Below the pieces are notes generated by a model. That model saw nothing but the letters and a program-made list of their open reading frames with translations. It had not been told where the DNA came from and did not search any database. 64,000 nucleotides of DNA from Candidatus Obscuribacteraceae bacterium (GTDB lineage Bacteria; Cyanobacteriota; Vampirovibrionia; Obscuribacterales; Obscuribacteraceae): contig JBGASG010000001.1 in assembly GCA_044229845.1 (NCBI GenBank), positions 544,001 to 608,000 on the forward strand. The letters run 5' to 3'. Position numbers and translations under genes: made by a program. Positions 48,381-58,702 of this stretch are shown here, piece by piece; position 1 is the stretch's first letter; each line of letters starts with the position of its first letter.

Positions 48381-49085
48381 TCAGGTGCGGGTGTGACTCA
48401 GGCGCCGTGATTGCCAGATTTCCAGAGCCTTCTGGCGTTTCTTCGCGCCTTCTTCTGCCAGCTTCTGCTGGTCTTGCGGAGTGAGCAATTTGTCGAAGAT
48501 GCGGTCGCCGACATTGGCTGCTGCTTTGGGAGTCTTATAGCCCAGTTCGCGGGCTATTTCTGCCCAGCTCTTACCAGCACTCAGTAAATCGAGCAGGCGA
48601 GCTTCTTTCGCCGATATGTCGTCGCGGATGAATACGTGACGCATCATGCTGGCAACAAGGATCACTTCGCCTTTGATGGCCATCTTCAATTCAGCCAGCA
48701 TCTCAGGAACTTCCGAGATGCGGGCTCGCTTGCACAGATAGCCGTCGCAACCGGCTGCCAGGGCGCGCTGCCCGTCGGCGGGCGACTTGGAGTTGGTTAA
48801 AACAATAATGGTCCCGTAAAAGCCACGTTGATGGCGCATCTCTTCCAGAATGCGAATACCGGCCAGCGAACTGACCGACTTGTCGCCGTATGAGTACGGC
48901 AATTGCAGGTCGAGCAAGACGCAGTCTGCATCGTGGAGCTGCGGCGAGCGAATCACCTCGAATGCCTTCTGCTCGCAATTGATGACGTCCATTACCTGCA
49001 GTTCGGGGTCTTGTTCGATGACCCGGCGCAGGATGCTGGAAAAGTCCTCATCGTCTTCGATAATCAAGATTTTGGTGATGGTCAT
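48381..49085 (-). CDS. response regulator (REC plus HTH-like output domain)
   Basis: ILIIEDD, LLDLQLP, IIVLT, AGCDGYLCK; C-terminal GKSWAEIARELG. Confidence 0.88.
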   Translation of the reverse strand: MTITKILIIEDDEDFSSILRRVIEQDPELQVMDVINCEQKAFEVIRSPQLHDADCVLLDLQLPYSYGDKSVSSLAGIRILEEMRHQRGFYGTIIVLTNSKSPADGQRALAAGCDGYLCKRARISEVPEMLAELKMAIKGEVILVASMMRHVFIRDDISAKEARLLDLLSAGKSWAEIARELGYKTPKAAANVGDRIFDKLLTPQDQQKLAEEGAKKRQKALEIWQSRRLSHTRT

Positions 49086-51585
49086 TTTTTCTCACATTGG
49101 GTGAATGAGTGGCTACACCGTCTTCGTCTTCTGTTCCCGTTTCTTCCTCTTCTGCCGCATCTTCCTCGGTATCCTCAGTAACTTGGGTAACTTCGGCGAT
49201 TTCGTCTTCTAAGTTGTCCGGCGCGATGTTGATGGATGCGGTCGTGGACTCGATTCCCTGCAGGTCTGCGGCGGAAACCTCCCAGGGCAGGTTGGATTGT
49301 GGATGTACGTACGATTCGAACGCGACAGGAAAAGTGAGGATGAAGCTGGTTCCCAGCCCCAGTTCGCTCTCTACACAGATTTCACCGCCCATCTGCTCCA
49401 TCAAAGTTTTGGCGATGTCCAGTCCCAGCCCCTGCCCGCTTGTGGTTTCCGGTTCTACGCGGAAGCCGGCTTCGAATATGTTGTCCAGGTGCTGCGCAGC
49501 GATGCCTTTGCCGTTGTCTGTAATAATCAGGACGTGACAGGGGCTCTGCGTCTCCACCGCGACGCTGACGCGGGTGCCCGGCGGGTTGTGTTTGACCGCG
49601 TTGCGGATCAGGTTGTCGACCACTCGTGTTAACTGCAACTGGTTGGCCATCACCCACAGTGAGTGATCCGGGATGTTGCATGCGATGGTGGCATCGTGTT
49701 TTTCGGCCAGCGTGATCAACACATCGACGCTGTCGTGAACAATGGCACCGAGGTCGCAGACAGTCAGGTTTTCATCGCTGGAGATGATGCTTTCATAGTC
49801 GTATGATTGCACCAACTGATCGATCAACTCGCACAGACGGTCGGATGACTTGACCAGGCGGGCGACTTTTTCGCGCACCTGCGGATTATCCAGTTCGATC
49901 AGTTGAAGTTCGGCAATTGTCCAGTTGAGGTTGCTGACCGGGGCGTTGAGATCGTGGTTGATGCGCCGTACGAATTCGTGACGCCGGCGTTTGTCCATAA
50001 TCGCTTCACGGGTCTGGGCTTCGGCCTCCTGCCGTTTCAGTTCGGACTCGTACTTGTCCTGGGTCAAACCCAACATCTCTGACGCGGCGGACAACCGAGA
50101 TTCGACGTGCTCTTCCCGTTCCTTTTCGCGCTCCCACAAAATTGCGGCCAGAGTGCCCAAACCGATGGCAATGGAAGGTGCGAAGACCGGCACGATCAGA
50201 CCGCCCTCGGAGAAGACCAGACAGGCGACCACCCAGGTGCCTCCCAGAAGCGATATGAAGACTAGCATGTCGCTGAGCAGATATTTGAAGCGCTTGGCGT
50301 CTGCAGATCCAGGCGGACCGGGAGCCACAGGAGTCTGAGAACCTTTCCAGGCAAACCAGATCATGCCACCGATCATGGTGGCAATCACCGTGTAGAGCAT
50401 GGAATCTACGCCGTCCAGTCTGTACGGCCAGGAGCAGCGCGAGATGGTGTCCATGGCATGAGCCAAAATTTCAGTGCCGCTGCGTTGATTGGTGTACTGG
50501 TTGGTGAACGGAGTGCTGTGTACATCGAACACACCGTCGCCGATGAAGACGATGGCACCGCGCAGATCGAGATCTGAGAGTTTGTCCGGATGCAAGAGCG
50601 CACGCCGCATGTCAGGATCGAGAAGGTAGTTGTGCGGACGCACCGGATAGAGTTCAGAGTTGGGTGGACTGGCGAAGTCGATGTACATGTTGTCTGGCAC
50701 ATCGGTCGCTACTTTCTCGCCGATGTTTTCCAGCGCTTTCACCACGATCGACTCGTGAATGCCTTCGGTGACGCCGGGGCGAGCCAGTTCGATGCGCCTG
50801 ACCACCTGATCGGCATCCGGCTCGATGCAAGCCATGCCCGTGTACTTGCTGACCACGTCTTGCCCAGGCTCCATGGTCTGCAACTCTTCCAGGACGCCTC
50901 GCGGATAGCTGGGCACCTTGATCTTCAGCAGGTCACGCGACGAGGAAGTATTGACCGAGCTGACCATGAGCACCCGCACCGGACGCCCGTACTTGCCGAT
51001 GTCGCAGTTATGAATCACCTCCGCCAACCGGCGGTCGTCGTCCGTGTACTGCGGATACTCATTGTCCAGAATGATCAAACGGGCTCCAGCGCGAGCCAGG
51101 ACCTCGACCATGTCAGCCACGGTCTTGCGCTTGAGTGGAAAGTCCAGCAGCGGTTTCATCCACGGGTACTGGTTGATCGCCTGCCGGGGTGGCTCGTCTT
51201 CAGTGGAGTGGTTGAAGATGACCACTTTGTGCATGACCGGCGGGTGGTTGTATTCGACCAGCCAGCTCAACGTGTAATCCCACGCCCACCACTGTTTCGG
51301 GATTTCATGTGCTTCGTGGTACTGCCAGAGAAGGGGCAGGTTGAGCCGCTCCAGGCTTTTCTTCGACCAGACCAGCCATTGGCGCACTTCGAAGCGCAGG
51401 TTGATTGTCTGCAATTCCTGGCGTTCGAACATGGGTGAGGTTTCCAACGCCACGCCCACCACCAGAGCCACTGCCACGTAGATCGTGAACATGCTCAGGA
51501 AGAAGTGCCGTTTGCTGTTGGTTGTCGAATGAATGTGACTGATCGCTCTCACCCCTGAGCACTGAGTCTTATATTTTCTAATCAA
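49048..51585 (-). CDS. CHASE2-domain sensor histidine kinase
   Basis: CHASE2-like region (AGARLIILD, DADQVVRR, SGTEILAHA), 3 TM, H-box INHDLNAP, N-box NLIRNAVKH, DNGKGI, GQGLGL; start uncertain. Confidence 0.9.
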   Translation of the reverse strand: MIRKYKTQCSGVRAISHIHSTTNSKRHFFLSMFTIYVAVALVVGVALETSPMFERQELQTINLRFEVRQWLVWSKKSLERLNLPLLWQYHEAHEIPKQWWAWDYTLSWLVEYNHPPVMHKVVIFNHSTEDEPPRQAINQYPWMKPLLDFPLKRKTVADMVEVLARAGARLIILDNEYPQYTDDDRRLAEVIHNCDIGKYGRPVRVLMVSSVNTSSSRDLLKIKVPSYPRGVLEELQTMEPGQDVVSKYTGMACIEPDADQVVRRIELARPGVTEGIHESIVVKALENIGEKVATDVPDNMYIDFASPPNSELYPVRPHNYLLDPDMRRALLHPDKLSDLDLRGAIVFIGDGVFDVHSTPFTNQYTNQRSGTEILAHAMDTISRCSWPYRLDGVDSMLYTVIATMIGGMIWFAWKGSQTPVAPGPPGSADAKRFKYLLSDMLVFISLLGGTWVVACLVFSEGGLIVPVFAPSIAIGLGTLAAILWEREKEREEHVESRLSAASEMLGLTQDKYESELKRQEAEAQTREAIMDKRRRHEFVRRINHDLNAPVSNLNWTIAELQLIELDNPQVREKVARLVKSSDRLCELIDQLVQSYDYESIISSDENLTVCDLGAIVHDSVDVLITLAEKHDATIACNIPDHSLWVMANQLQLTRVVDNLIRNAVKHNPPGTRVSVAVETQSPCHVLIITDNGKGIAAQHLDNIFEAGFRVEPETTSGQGLGLDIAKTLMEQMGGEICVESELGLGTSFILTFPVAFESYVHPQSNLPWEVSAADLQGIESTTASINIAPDNLEDEIAEVTQVTEDTEEDAAEEEETGTEDEDGVATHSPNVRKNDHHQNLDYRRR

Positions 51586-51652
51586 TAAAGTACCCGTGCG
51601 CGACTACCCCAAAACTGCATTCTGTCTGGACCAGATACAATTTGACGCAGAT

Positions 51653-52876
51653 ATGAACCTGTTTCTCATCGGTGGCATCACACTTCTCTGGGCGGCATTG
51701 CTGCTCATAGTGCGCCGACTGATAAGAGAAAAAGCGCTGGGGACAAGTCCAGTTTCCCTGCCTGTGGTTGGAAACGAGGGTGCGCTGCGTCCGGCCGAAC
51801 TTGCTTACCTCGTGCGTGACGGTGACATGACCCATACCATGATTGTCATGGCGCTGGATCTCATTCAAAGAGCTGTGAAATCGCAGACAGCCACCAACGT
51901 CGGTGAGAACCTCGCTCCGTACGAGATGGAGATCTGGCAGCGGGTCAAAAGCCAGGTGCGCGGCTGGGCTGAGAAGAAAGTCAATGAGGTCAATCCGCTG
52001 GCCACCGTCAATCCAGCCGAAGTGATCCGTCGTCTGAATGCGATCAAGATTTTTTTCACTACCACGGTCGGCAGATTCTTGCAGGATGTGGTTCGAGATC
52101 CCAAGCGCATCAAGGGCTACTTCACTCTTGCCGGCATCTTGAGAGTGGTGGCTGATCTGACCAGAGCGGGTTACGGCGCAGTGATCGAGCAAGACATGCG
52201 CAATGCGCTTTTGTCGCGCGGACTGATCGTGGAGGAGTCGCAGCGCACTCGTGGTGGCACGTTCAGTCTGGTTGCGGCAGGTGTGGCGTTCGTGCTGATG
52301 ATCGCCGCCTGCCTGCTGTTGCAAGGCTTAACGGAACCGGCTGTTTATGCCACTTTCATGGCGGCTTGCGGTGGTGCGTTCTTCAGTGCCGTGATTTTGC
52401 GCGCACTGCTGATGGTGCCGCAGTTTGTGCCTTTCTATGAGGAGATTTCACTGGTCTTAAGCGAGGCGTCTCGATCCAGCTGGCAGGTAGTGGTACTGCG
52501 GACGGTGTTCGGCTTGGCTCGACTGATTGCCTGGTCGCTCTTCGCGCTGACTATATTAACCATCCTTGGTATTGCTGCACTGGTCTTTTCCTTTGCCATG
52601 CATGCTGAAGTCGGCGGGGCACTGCTGGCTCTCTTCGCCGCTTCAGTCTGGTGGATGACCTTTATGCAATTGTTGATCGATGCACACGGCTTGATTATGC
52701 GCGAAAGTAAGACGCTTCGGGCTGAGCGACAGGTGGAGAAGGCTAAGCAGGAAATTAAGCATGCCACTGCGCTCGGAACTCTCAAAGATGTTTTCGCCAA
52801 CCCCGACTATGATCCGACTTTCTCCAATCTAGTGGCGGTTTATGGCGTGGAGACGATCTGGTTGTTGACAAAATAA
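51653..52876 (+). CDS. hypothetical multi-TM membrane protein
   Basis: N-terminal TM, LRPAELAYL motif, four C-terminal TM helices. Confidence 0.7.
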   Translation: MNLFLIGGITLLWAALLLIVRRLIREKALGTSPVSLPVVGNEGALRPAELAYLVRDGDMTHTMIVMALDLIQRAVKSQTATNVGENLAPYEMEIWQRVKSQVRGWAEKKVNEVNPLATVNPAEVIRRLNAIKIFFTTTVGRFLQDVVRDPKRIKGYFTLAGILRVVADLTRAGYGAVIEQDMRNALLSRGLIVEESQRTRGGTFSLVAAGVAFVLMIAACLLLQGLTEPAVYATFMAACGGAFFSAVILRALLMVPQFVPFYEEISLVLSEASRSSWQVVVLRTVFGLARLIAWSLFALTILTILGIAALVFSFAMHAEVGGALLALFAASVWWMTFMQLLIDAHGLIMRESKTLRAERQVEKAKQEIKHATALGTLKDVFANPDYDPTFSNLVAVYGVETIWLLTK

Positions 52877-52895
52877 TCTTGTGGCAGGAGCAGCA

Positions 52896-53756
52896 ATGGG
52901 CATTAAATCTCGTGGTATTACTCGTGGTGCGGCAACGATTGTCACCGGCGCGTCCACCGGCATCGGAAAAGCCCTGGCTGTGCGCTTAGCCAGGCGCAAG
53001 GGCTGCCGCATGGTATTGAACGCTCGCAATGCTGAGGTGTTGGAAGAAACAGCCAAGGCTGTTCGCACCGCCGGTGGTGAAGCTCTGTGCGTCGCCGGTG
53101 ATGTCGCCGATCCGCAAGTGGTAAAGTCGCTGGTGTCAACGTGCAAGGAAAATTTTGGTGGCATCGACTTGCTCGTCAACAACGCCGGGCTGGCGAAGAC
53201 AGGACCTATGCACAAATTGAACGTTGAAGATTGGCGTTACGTTTTTGAAGTAAACTTTTTTGCTCCTTTGATGCTGATTTATGAGGTCTTGCCGCATTTC
53301 TTTGAGAAACACAGCGGCAAGATCGTTAACGTCGCCTCGGTGGCCGGGAAAATTGCGTTTCCCGGCAGTGTCTGTTACAGCTCCAGCAAATTTGCCCTGA
53401 CCGGACTTTCGGAGGGCATGGCGGCTGAGCTTTCCTGGCGGGGCGTCGACGTGGTGACGGTCTGCCCCGGTTGGGTGCGAACGGAGTTTTTTAAAAAGAA
53501 CAGCTCTTCGGAGGATCCCTCGGAAATCGCCAGGCGCCAGGATATTCAGGGCTGGCTCATGCGTAATGTGCTGAGCATCAGCGCGGAGCAGTGCGCCGAT
53601 AACATAATTTCTGCCTGCGAGAAGGGAGGCTGCCACGAAATCATCCTCACCAAACCTGGAGTTGTTATGGAGAGAATGTCAGGGATAGCCCCGAATCTGA
53701 CTTTCCAGCTGGCCCGGTATGTTCCCGCGAACAGGGGTCCTAAGCGCGACAGTTAG
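52896..53756 (+). CDS. short-chain dehydrogenase/reductase
   Basis: TGASTGIG, NNAG, YSSSK catalytic motif, CPGWVRT. Confidence 0.92.
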   Translation: MGIKSRGITRGAATIVTGASTGIGKALAVRLARRKGCRMVLNARNAEVLEETAKAVRTAGGEALCVAGDVADPQVVKSLVSTCKENFGGIDLLVNNAGLAKTGPMHKLNVEDWRYVFEVNFFAPLMLIYEVLPHFFEKHSGKIVNVASVAGKIAFPGSVCYSSSKFALTGLSEGMAAELSWRGVDVVTVCPGWVRTEFFKKNSSSEDPSEIARRQDIQGWLMRNVLSISAEQCADNIISACEKGGCHEIILTKPGVVMERMSGIAPNLTFQLARYVPANRGPKRDS

Positions 53757-53876
53757 CGTTCCTGCTATCTTGATATTGTCTTTTTGTTGTCGATTAGTGG
53801 CGGAAGGGCAGGGGTACAAAGTAGTGGTCGATACCCCTGGCATCGACGTTGAGCGTTGAATTAGAGGCCCTGAGTT

Positions 53877-55373
53877 TTGATCGAGAAATCGGCATCCTCG
53901 CCAGCTTCCACGGAAGATCCGTTAATCGGGACGCTCCTGGAAGATCGCTATCGCATCCTCTCCGTCGTCGGACGGGGTGGGATGGGCGTTGTCTACCGGG
54001 CGAAACAGGAATACATGGACCGTATCGTCGCGGTCAAAATGCTGCAGCCTCAGCTGGTTAAGGATTCGATAACCGTCAAACGATTCGAGCAAGAGGCTAA
54101 ATCAGCCAGCCGCCTCATGCACCCGAACATTATCACCCTGCACGATTACGGGTTTGTCGGTGAAGTCCCTTATCTGGTCATGGACTTCGTTCAGGGGACC
54201 AGCCTCTCCGAATTGATCAAATCGGGCGGATCGCTCGGCGTGATGCGGTCGATCAACATTTTTGCCCAGGTCTGCGATGCCCTCGAGCACGCGCACCGCA
54301 ACGGCATCGTGCACCGCGACTTGAAACCTGGCAATATCATGCTTCTCAACACCGATCAGCAGGACGACTTTGTGAAGGTCGTCGACTTCGGTGTGGCAAA
54401 GATCCTGGAATTAGGCGACGAGGACTCCCAGCGGCTCACCTCCACTGGAGAAATCTTCGGCAGTCCCGTCTATATGAGTCCTGAACAGTGCGAAGGACGT
54501 CATCTGGACGGACGCGCCGACCTGTATTCGATGGGCGTCGTCATGTTCGAGACCTTGACCGGAAAACTGCCGCTGGCCGGCAAGAACGTCATCGAGACAA
54601 TTACCAAGCACCTCAATGAGATCCCGCCGTCCTTCAACCAGGTAAGACCGGACCTCTACTTTCCCGATCGGCTGGAGGGCGCGGTCATGCGGGCCCTGGA
54701 GAAACACCCGGACGATCGCCAGCAGTCGATGCTGGAGTTGAAAAACGAACTTTTGGCGGCGTCTCCACGGCGACGTGCATCGTCGATGTCGATGACGAGT
54801 CTCACCGCGGTCTCCACCACATCCCAGGACAATGCAATAGTTGCGCTGCAAGAGCAACCTCGACGCTCTTATAAAGTGCCGATCATCATCGGAGTATTGA
54901 TGGCCTTCGTGGTCGTCGCAGCAGTCGCTTTCACCCTCGTCTCATCTTTGTTGCGCGGTATTCACCCGATGAATGCTTCGCACGACACCAACGGCGGCGG
55001 CGGCGGACAACACCAGGCCCAGACGGCACCGGATGTCGACAGCCCGACCGATACACCGACGCCACCTAAAATCCCGGTGGTGCATGAGGCTCCCCCTGTT
55101 CCGCCTCCGCAGCAGAACCAGACTGCTCCTGCCAAACCGCCTCATCAGCAAGCTGTTATTGCCCACCCGCGGCCCAAGCCGAAGCCGGTGCGTGTTCAGC
55201 AAACCTATCAGCAGCAGCAAACCTATCAGCAGCCGCCCCGTCATTCGGGCGGGAGCGCCTCCAGTATCATCCGCGACGGCTTTGGCGGCGGTGGCGGCGG
55301 CGGTGGTTCGCCGGTCTGGCAGCCTCGACCTGCCGGTTCCGTCAATTATGAGAACGAAGGCTTCGGACATTAA
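53877..55373 (+). CDS. Hanks-type Ser/Thr protein kinase, single TM, Pro/Gln-rich extracellular tail
   Basis: GRGGMG, VAVK, HRDLKPGN, DFG, GSPVYMSPE. Confidence 0.93.
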   Translation: MIEKSASSPASTEDPLIGTLLEDRYRILSVVGRGGMGVVYRAKQEYMDRIVAVKMLQPQLVKDSITVKRFEQEAKSASRLMHPNIITLHDYGFVGEVPYLVMDFVQGTSLSELIKSGGSLGVMRSINIFAQVCDALEHAHRNGIVHRDLKPGNIMLLNTDQQDDFVKVVDFGVAKILELGDEDSQRLTSTGEIFGSPVYMSPEQCEGRHLDGRADLYSMGVVMFETLTGKLPLAGKNVIETITKHLNEIPPSFNQVRPDLYFPDRLEGAVMRALEKHPDDRQQSMLELKNELLAASPRRRASSMSMTSLTAVSTTSQDNAIVALQEQPRRSYKVPIIIGVLMAFVVVAAVAFTLVSSLLRGIHPMNASHDTNGGGGGQHQAQTAPDVDSPTDTPTPPKIPVVHEAPPVPPPQQNQTAPAKPPHQQAVIAHPRPKPKPVRVQQTYQQQQTYQQPPRHSGGSASSIIRDGFGGGGGGGGSPVWQPRPAGSVNYENEGFGH

Positions 55374-55475
55374 GCCGCTCTGATACCGCATTTGGTATCG
55401 CTACGTGGATGACAAGCTGAGCTCGCCGGCGGCGCGTCGCAGCGCTTAACGATTGCCGTGTAGCTGGATGCCAAT

Positions 55476-58439
55476 GTGGTTAAATGGCGCGACCAGTCAC
55501 ACTCAGGGAATCTTTGCGTTATGCGTTTGTTTCTTGCCGATCGTTGTTTGTCCGTGATTTCTTGCATGGCGGTTTTTATTTCGTCATGCGCTTTGCCGGT
55601 AACAGCGGCCCCATCCGTCGCCGGCAGTCAGACTAAGAAAAACACCACTCACGGTGGGCGAGCCATTTCGATCGTCAAATCCGATGCCAAAACCGGCATC
55701 ACGGAATACAAGCTGGATTCCAATGGTCTGCAGATATTGCTCGCCGAGCGCCATGCCACACCGGTGGTGACGGTGATGGTGCTCTATCACGTCGGTTCGC
55801 GCAACGAAGCGGTCGGCTATACGGGCTCCACGCATTTTCTGGAACACATGATGTTCAAAGGTACGGCAGCTCACGATCCTCTTTCGAAGACGGGCATCGA
55901 TGACGTCTTGAAACCTGTCGGCGCCATGAACAATGCCACTACGTCGTACGATCGCACCAACTACTTCGAAGTCTTGCCGGCCAAAAATCTCGATGTTGCC
56001 TTGCAGTTGGAAGCTGATCGCATGCGCAATGCACTTTTGCGTGAGAAAGATCGTCAGTCTGAGATGACCGTGGTGCGCAACGAATTGGAGCGCAATGTCG
56101 ATGATGCCACCACGCTCCTTTCCAACAACGTTTTTTCAACGGCTTTCCAAGAACATCCATATCACCATCCGATCATCGGCTGGCGCAGCGATGTGGAAGG
56201 CGTACCGATTCAGAGACTACGGCAGTTTTACAACGACTTCTACTGGCCAAACAATGCCACCTTGATCGTGGTAGGTGACTTCGATCAGCAAAAGGCGCTC
56301 AACATGATTTCGCGGGAATTCGGCAGGATCCCCCCTTCGCCCAAACCCTTTCCAAAGGTGTACACACAGGAGCCTCCACAAGAGGGAGAGAGACGGTTCG
56401 TAGTGCAGCGCGGACAGGATTTGCCGAAAGTAGAAATCGGTTGGCACGTCCCTGCGGCGAAGAGCAACGATACTTATCCTCTCGAAGTAGCTGCAGCGAT
56501 TCTGGGCGATGAGAAGCGGCAGTCGAGCCGCCTCTATAAAGGTCTTGTGGAAAGCGGACTGGCGTCTGATACCTATGCCTACAACTATTCGATGCACGAT
56601 CCCGGTCTTTTCACCGTCTTTGCCTCGGCAACTGCCGATACTCCGCTTCCTAAAGTGGAAAAGAAGCTGATCGAAGAAGTAGAGCGTCTGGGTTCACAGC
56701 CGATCAGCGATGCAGAGCTGGAACGTGCCAAAACATCTATCTGGAAGAGATTGAAACTTTCAGCTGCCGATCCGGTCGGACTGGTCGATCAGGTAGCGGA
56801 GGCAATCGCGGTTGCCGATTGGACCTGGTGGGTGGGGCTGGAAGACAAGATCAAAGCGGTGACGAAGGAAGATGTGCAACGCGTGATCAAAAAGTACTTT
56901 GTGTCATCCAATCGCACCGTGGGTCACTACGAGCCTAAGGCGACTAGCGCCGACACCAAGGACAACGACAAAGACAAAAGCAAGGACAAAGAAAGCAAGG
57001 CTGCAGAGTCCCCTGCAGAGGGGTGCCTGGAAGCTGCCGGCATAATAGCCGCGCCACCAGCCGAGGTGGCGCTGATTACAGATACGGGTAGCGCCTCAGC
57101 TCCACCGCAAAAAGGATCAACCACCCCGAAACTGGCTCCCGAACTGAAGCAGACTAAGACGTCGACGCGCAGCATCGCCTCGCAAGTGCGCACGACTGTC
57201 CTCAGCAACGGCATCACCCTCCTGGTGATGCCGATCAGAAAAACCGGCGTGGTCGCTGTATCAGGCAAGGTACGGGCCGGCGACTATTTTCAGCCATCCG
57301 GCACCACCGGCATCCCCGGCATGATGGCGGAAATGCTCACTAAAGGCTCTACAGGACTGTCGAAAGAACAGCTGGCGCAGAAGCTCGAGCTGTTGGGCAC
57401 GTCGCTCGAGTTTGACGTCAGTGATTTCTGGCTCGATTGGAATTCTGATCTTGTTAGTGAAGATTTGGGCAGTTACTTGCCGTTGCTCGCTGAAGTCATC
57501 CAGCACCCCAGGTTCGATCGCAGCGAGCTGGACAAGTCGATCAAAATCGGACAAGCCGATATCAAGTCTGCGATGTCCGATACCACCCAGGTGTCGATGA
57601 ATGTGTTTGACGGTGCCCTCTACAAGCCGCACTGTGTTTTCTACCAGAAGCCGCTTGCTGACCAGCTTACCGACCTCGGTAAAATCGACTCCGACAGTCT
57701 GCAGGCTTTCCATAAAAAATACGTGGTGCCTGCGAATACTATCATTTCCATAGTCGGTGATGTCGATCCCGACCAGGCACTGAATATGGTGCGTCAACAT
57801 TTTGATAGCTGGCAAGGTGGAGAAGCCTCGAAAATTGATGTCTCCGATTGCGCCAAACCACTGCATGGCAAAACGCGCATCGAGACAGCCATCCCCGATA
57901 AAACTAATGTCGATATCACGCTTGGGCACACCGCCGAGACTTCGATCCAAGACAAGGACTTTTATGCCATGCAAGTGGCTAATGCCGCTCTCGGTTATGA
58001 CACCATTTCATCGCGACTGGCTGAGTTGAGAGAAAAGCATGGCTTGACCTACGGCATTTCGTCGGCATTGCTCAACAACAGCTATAAAGGCAGTCCCTGG
58101 GTGATCTCGCTGACGGTGGCACCCGAAAATCAAAGTAAAGCACTGACGCTGATCGATCGCATCGTCGGCGATTATGTAAAAAACGGCATGACCGAGACTG
58201 AGCTGAAGGAGGAGTCTCAACGACTGGTAGGCGAGTACATCGTCAGCCGGCTGCGCACACCCAAGCAGATAGCAGATGGACTGACAAAATATCAGTTTCT
58301 CAACCTTGGACCTCAGTTCATGGATAACTATGCGGCACGCGTGCAAGCCGTCACGCTCAAAGATGCCAACGCGGCGATTCGCAAATATTTCGACCTATCC
58401 AACTCAGTGCTCAGCATCGCGGGTAGCCTGAAAAAGTAA
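55476..58439 (+). CDS. M16 family (pitrilysin/PqqL-like) zinc peptidase
   Basis: HFLEH inverted zincin motif, NATTSYDRTNY; duplicated M16 architecture with LREKHGLTYG; start uncertain. Confidence 0.92.
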   Translation: MVKWRDQSHSGNLCVMRLFLADRCLSVISCMAVFISSCALPVTAAPSVAGSQTKKNTTHGGRAISIVKSDAKTGITEYKLDSNGLQILLAERHATPVVTVMVLYHVGSRNEAVGYTGSTHFLEHMMFKGTAAHDPLSKTGIDDVLKPVGAMNNATTSYDRTNYFEVLPAKNLDVALQLEADRMRNALLREKDRQSEMTVVRNELERNVDDATTLLSNNVFSTAFQEHPYHHPIIGWRSDVEGVPIQRLRQFYNDFYWPNNATLIVVGDFDQQKALNMISREFGRIPPSPKPFPKVYTQEPPQEGERRFVVQRGQDLPKVEIGWHVPAAKSNDTYPLEVAAAILGDEKRQSSRLYKGLVESGLASDTYAYNYSMHDPGLFTVFASATADTPLPKVEKKLIEEVERLGSQPISDAELERAKTSIWKRLKLSAADPVGLVDQVAEAIAVADWTWWVGLEDKIKAVTKEDVQRVIKKYFVSSNRTVGHYEPKATSADTKDNDKDKSKDKESKAAESPAEGCLEAAGIIAAPPAEVALITDTGSASAPPQKGSTTPKLAPELKQTKTSTRSIASQVRTTVLSNGITLLVMPIRKTGVVAVSGKVRAGDYFQPSGTTGIPGMMAEMLTKGSTGLSKEQLAQKLELLGTSLEFDVSDFWLDWNSDLVSEDLGSYLPLLAEVIQHPRFDRSELDKSIKIGQADIKSAMSDTTQVSMNVFDGALYKPHCVFYQKPLADQLTDLGKIDSDSLQAFHKKYVVPANTIISIVGDVDPDQALNMVRQHFDSWQGGEASKIDVSDCAKPLHGKTRIETAIPDKTNVDITLGHTAETSIQDKDFYAMQVANAALGYDTISSRLAELREKHGLTYGISSALLNNSYKGSPWVISLTVAPENQSKALTLIDRIVGDYVKNGMTETELKEESQRLVGEYIVSRLRTPKQIADGLTKYQFLNLGPQFMDNYAARVQAVTLKDANAAIRKYFDLSNSVLSIAGSLKK

Positions 58440-58543
58440 GAATGTCGTAACTATTCCTTCACCCGTTCTTAAACGGCCCACGTCAATAATGGTGGTGTAG
58501 AAAAGAAAAACGAACACGACGAGAAAGAGAAGAGGAACAGCAT

Positions 58544-58669
58544 ATGCCAGTCTTTGTAGAGAGCATAGTCATCATAGCTGTAGCGGCTTTCATAGCTATC
58601 TGGGTCAACGATTCAGACTTCGAAATTGGTGGCGGATATCTGCCGGAAGAAACGTCTGAGGCTGCTTGA
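58544..58669 (+). CDS. small single-TM protein (41 aa)
   Basis: Not in the ORF track; AGAGGA RBS; MPVFVESIVIIAVAAFIAIWVNDSDFEIGGGYLPEETSEAA; followed by a terminator. Confidence 0.6.
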   Translation: MPVFVESIVIIAVAAFIAIWVNDSDFEIGGGYLPEETSEAA

Positions 58670-58684
58670 GGCAGCCTTTTCTTT
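58659..58684 (+). terminator. intrinsic terminator
   Basis: AGGCTGC-TTGAG-GCAGCCT followed by TTTCTTT. Confidence 0.6.
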
Positions 58685-58702
58685 CGGAGGCGTCGACTGC
58701 TG

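Noticed and set aside
55190..55310. Short tandem repeats (CAGCAAACCTATCAG x2; GGC runs), and similar ones at 31555-31615 and 61200-61395
   Set aside because: They encode low-complexity Gln/Pro/Gly/Thr linkers inside proteins and are not independent elements.
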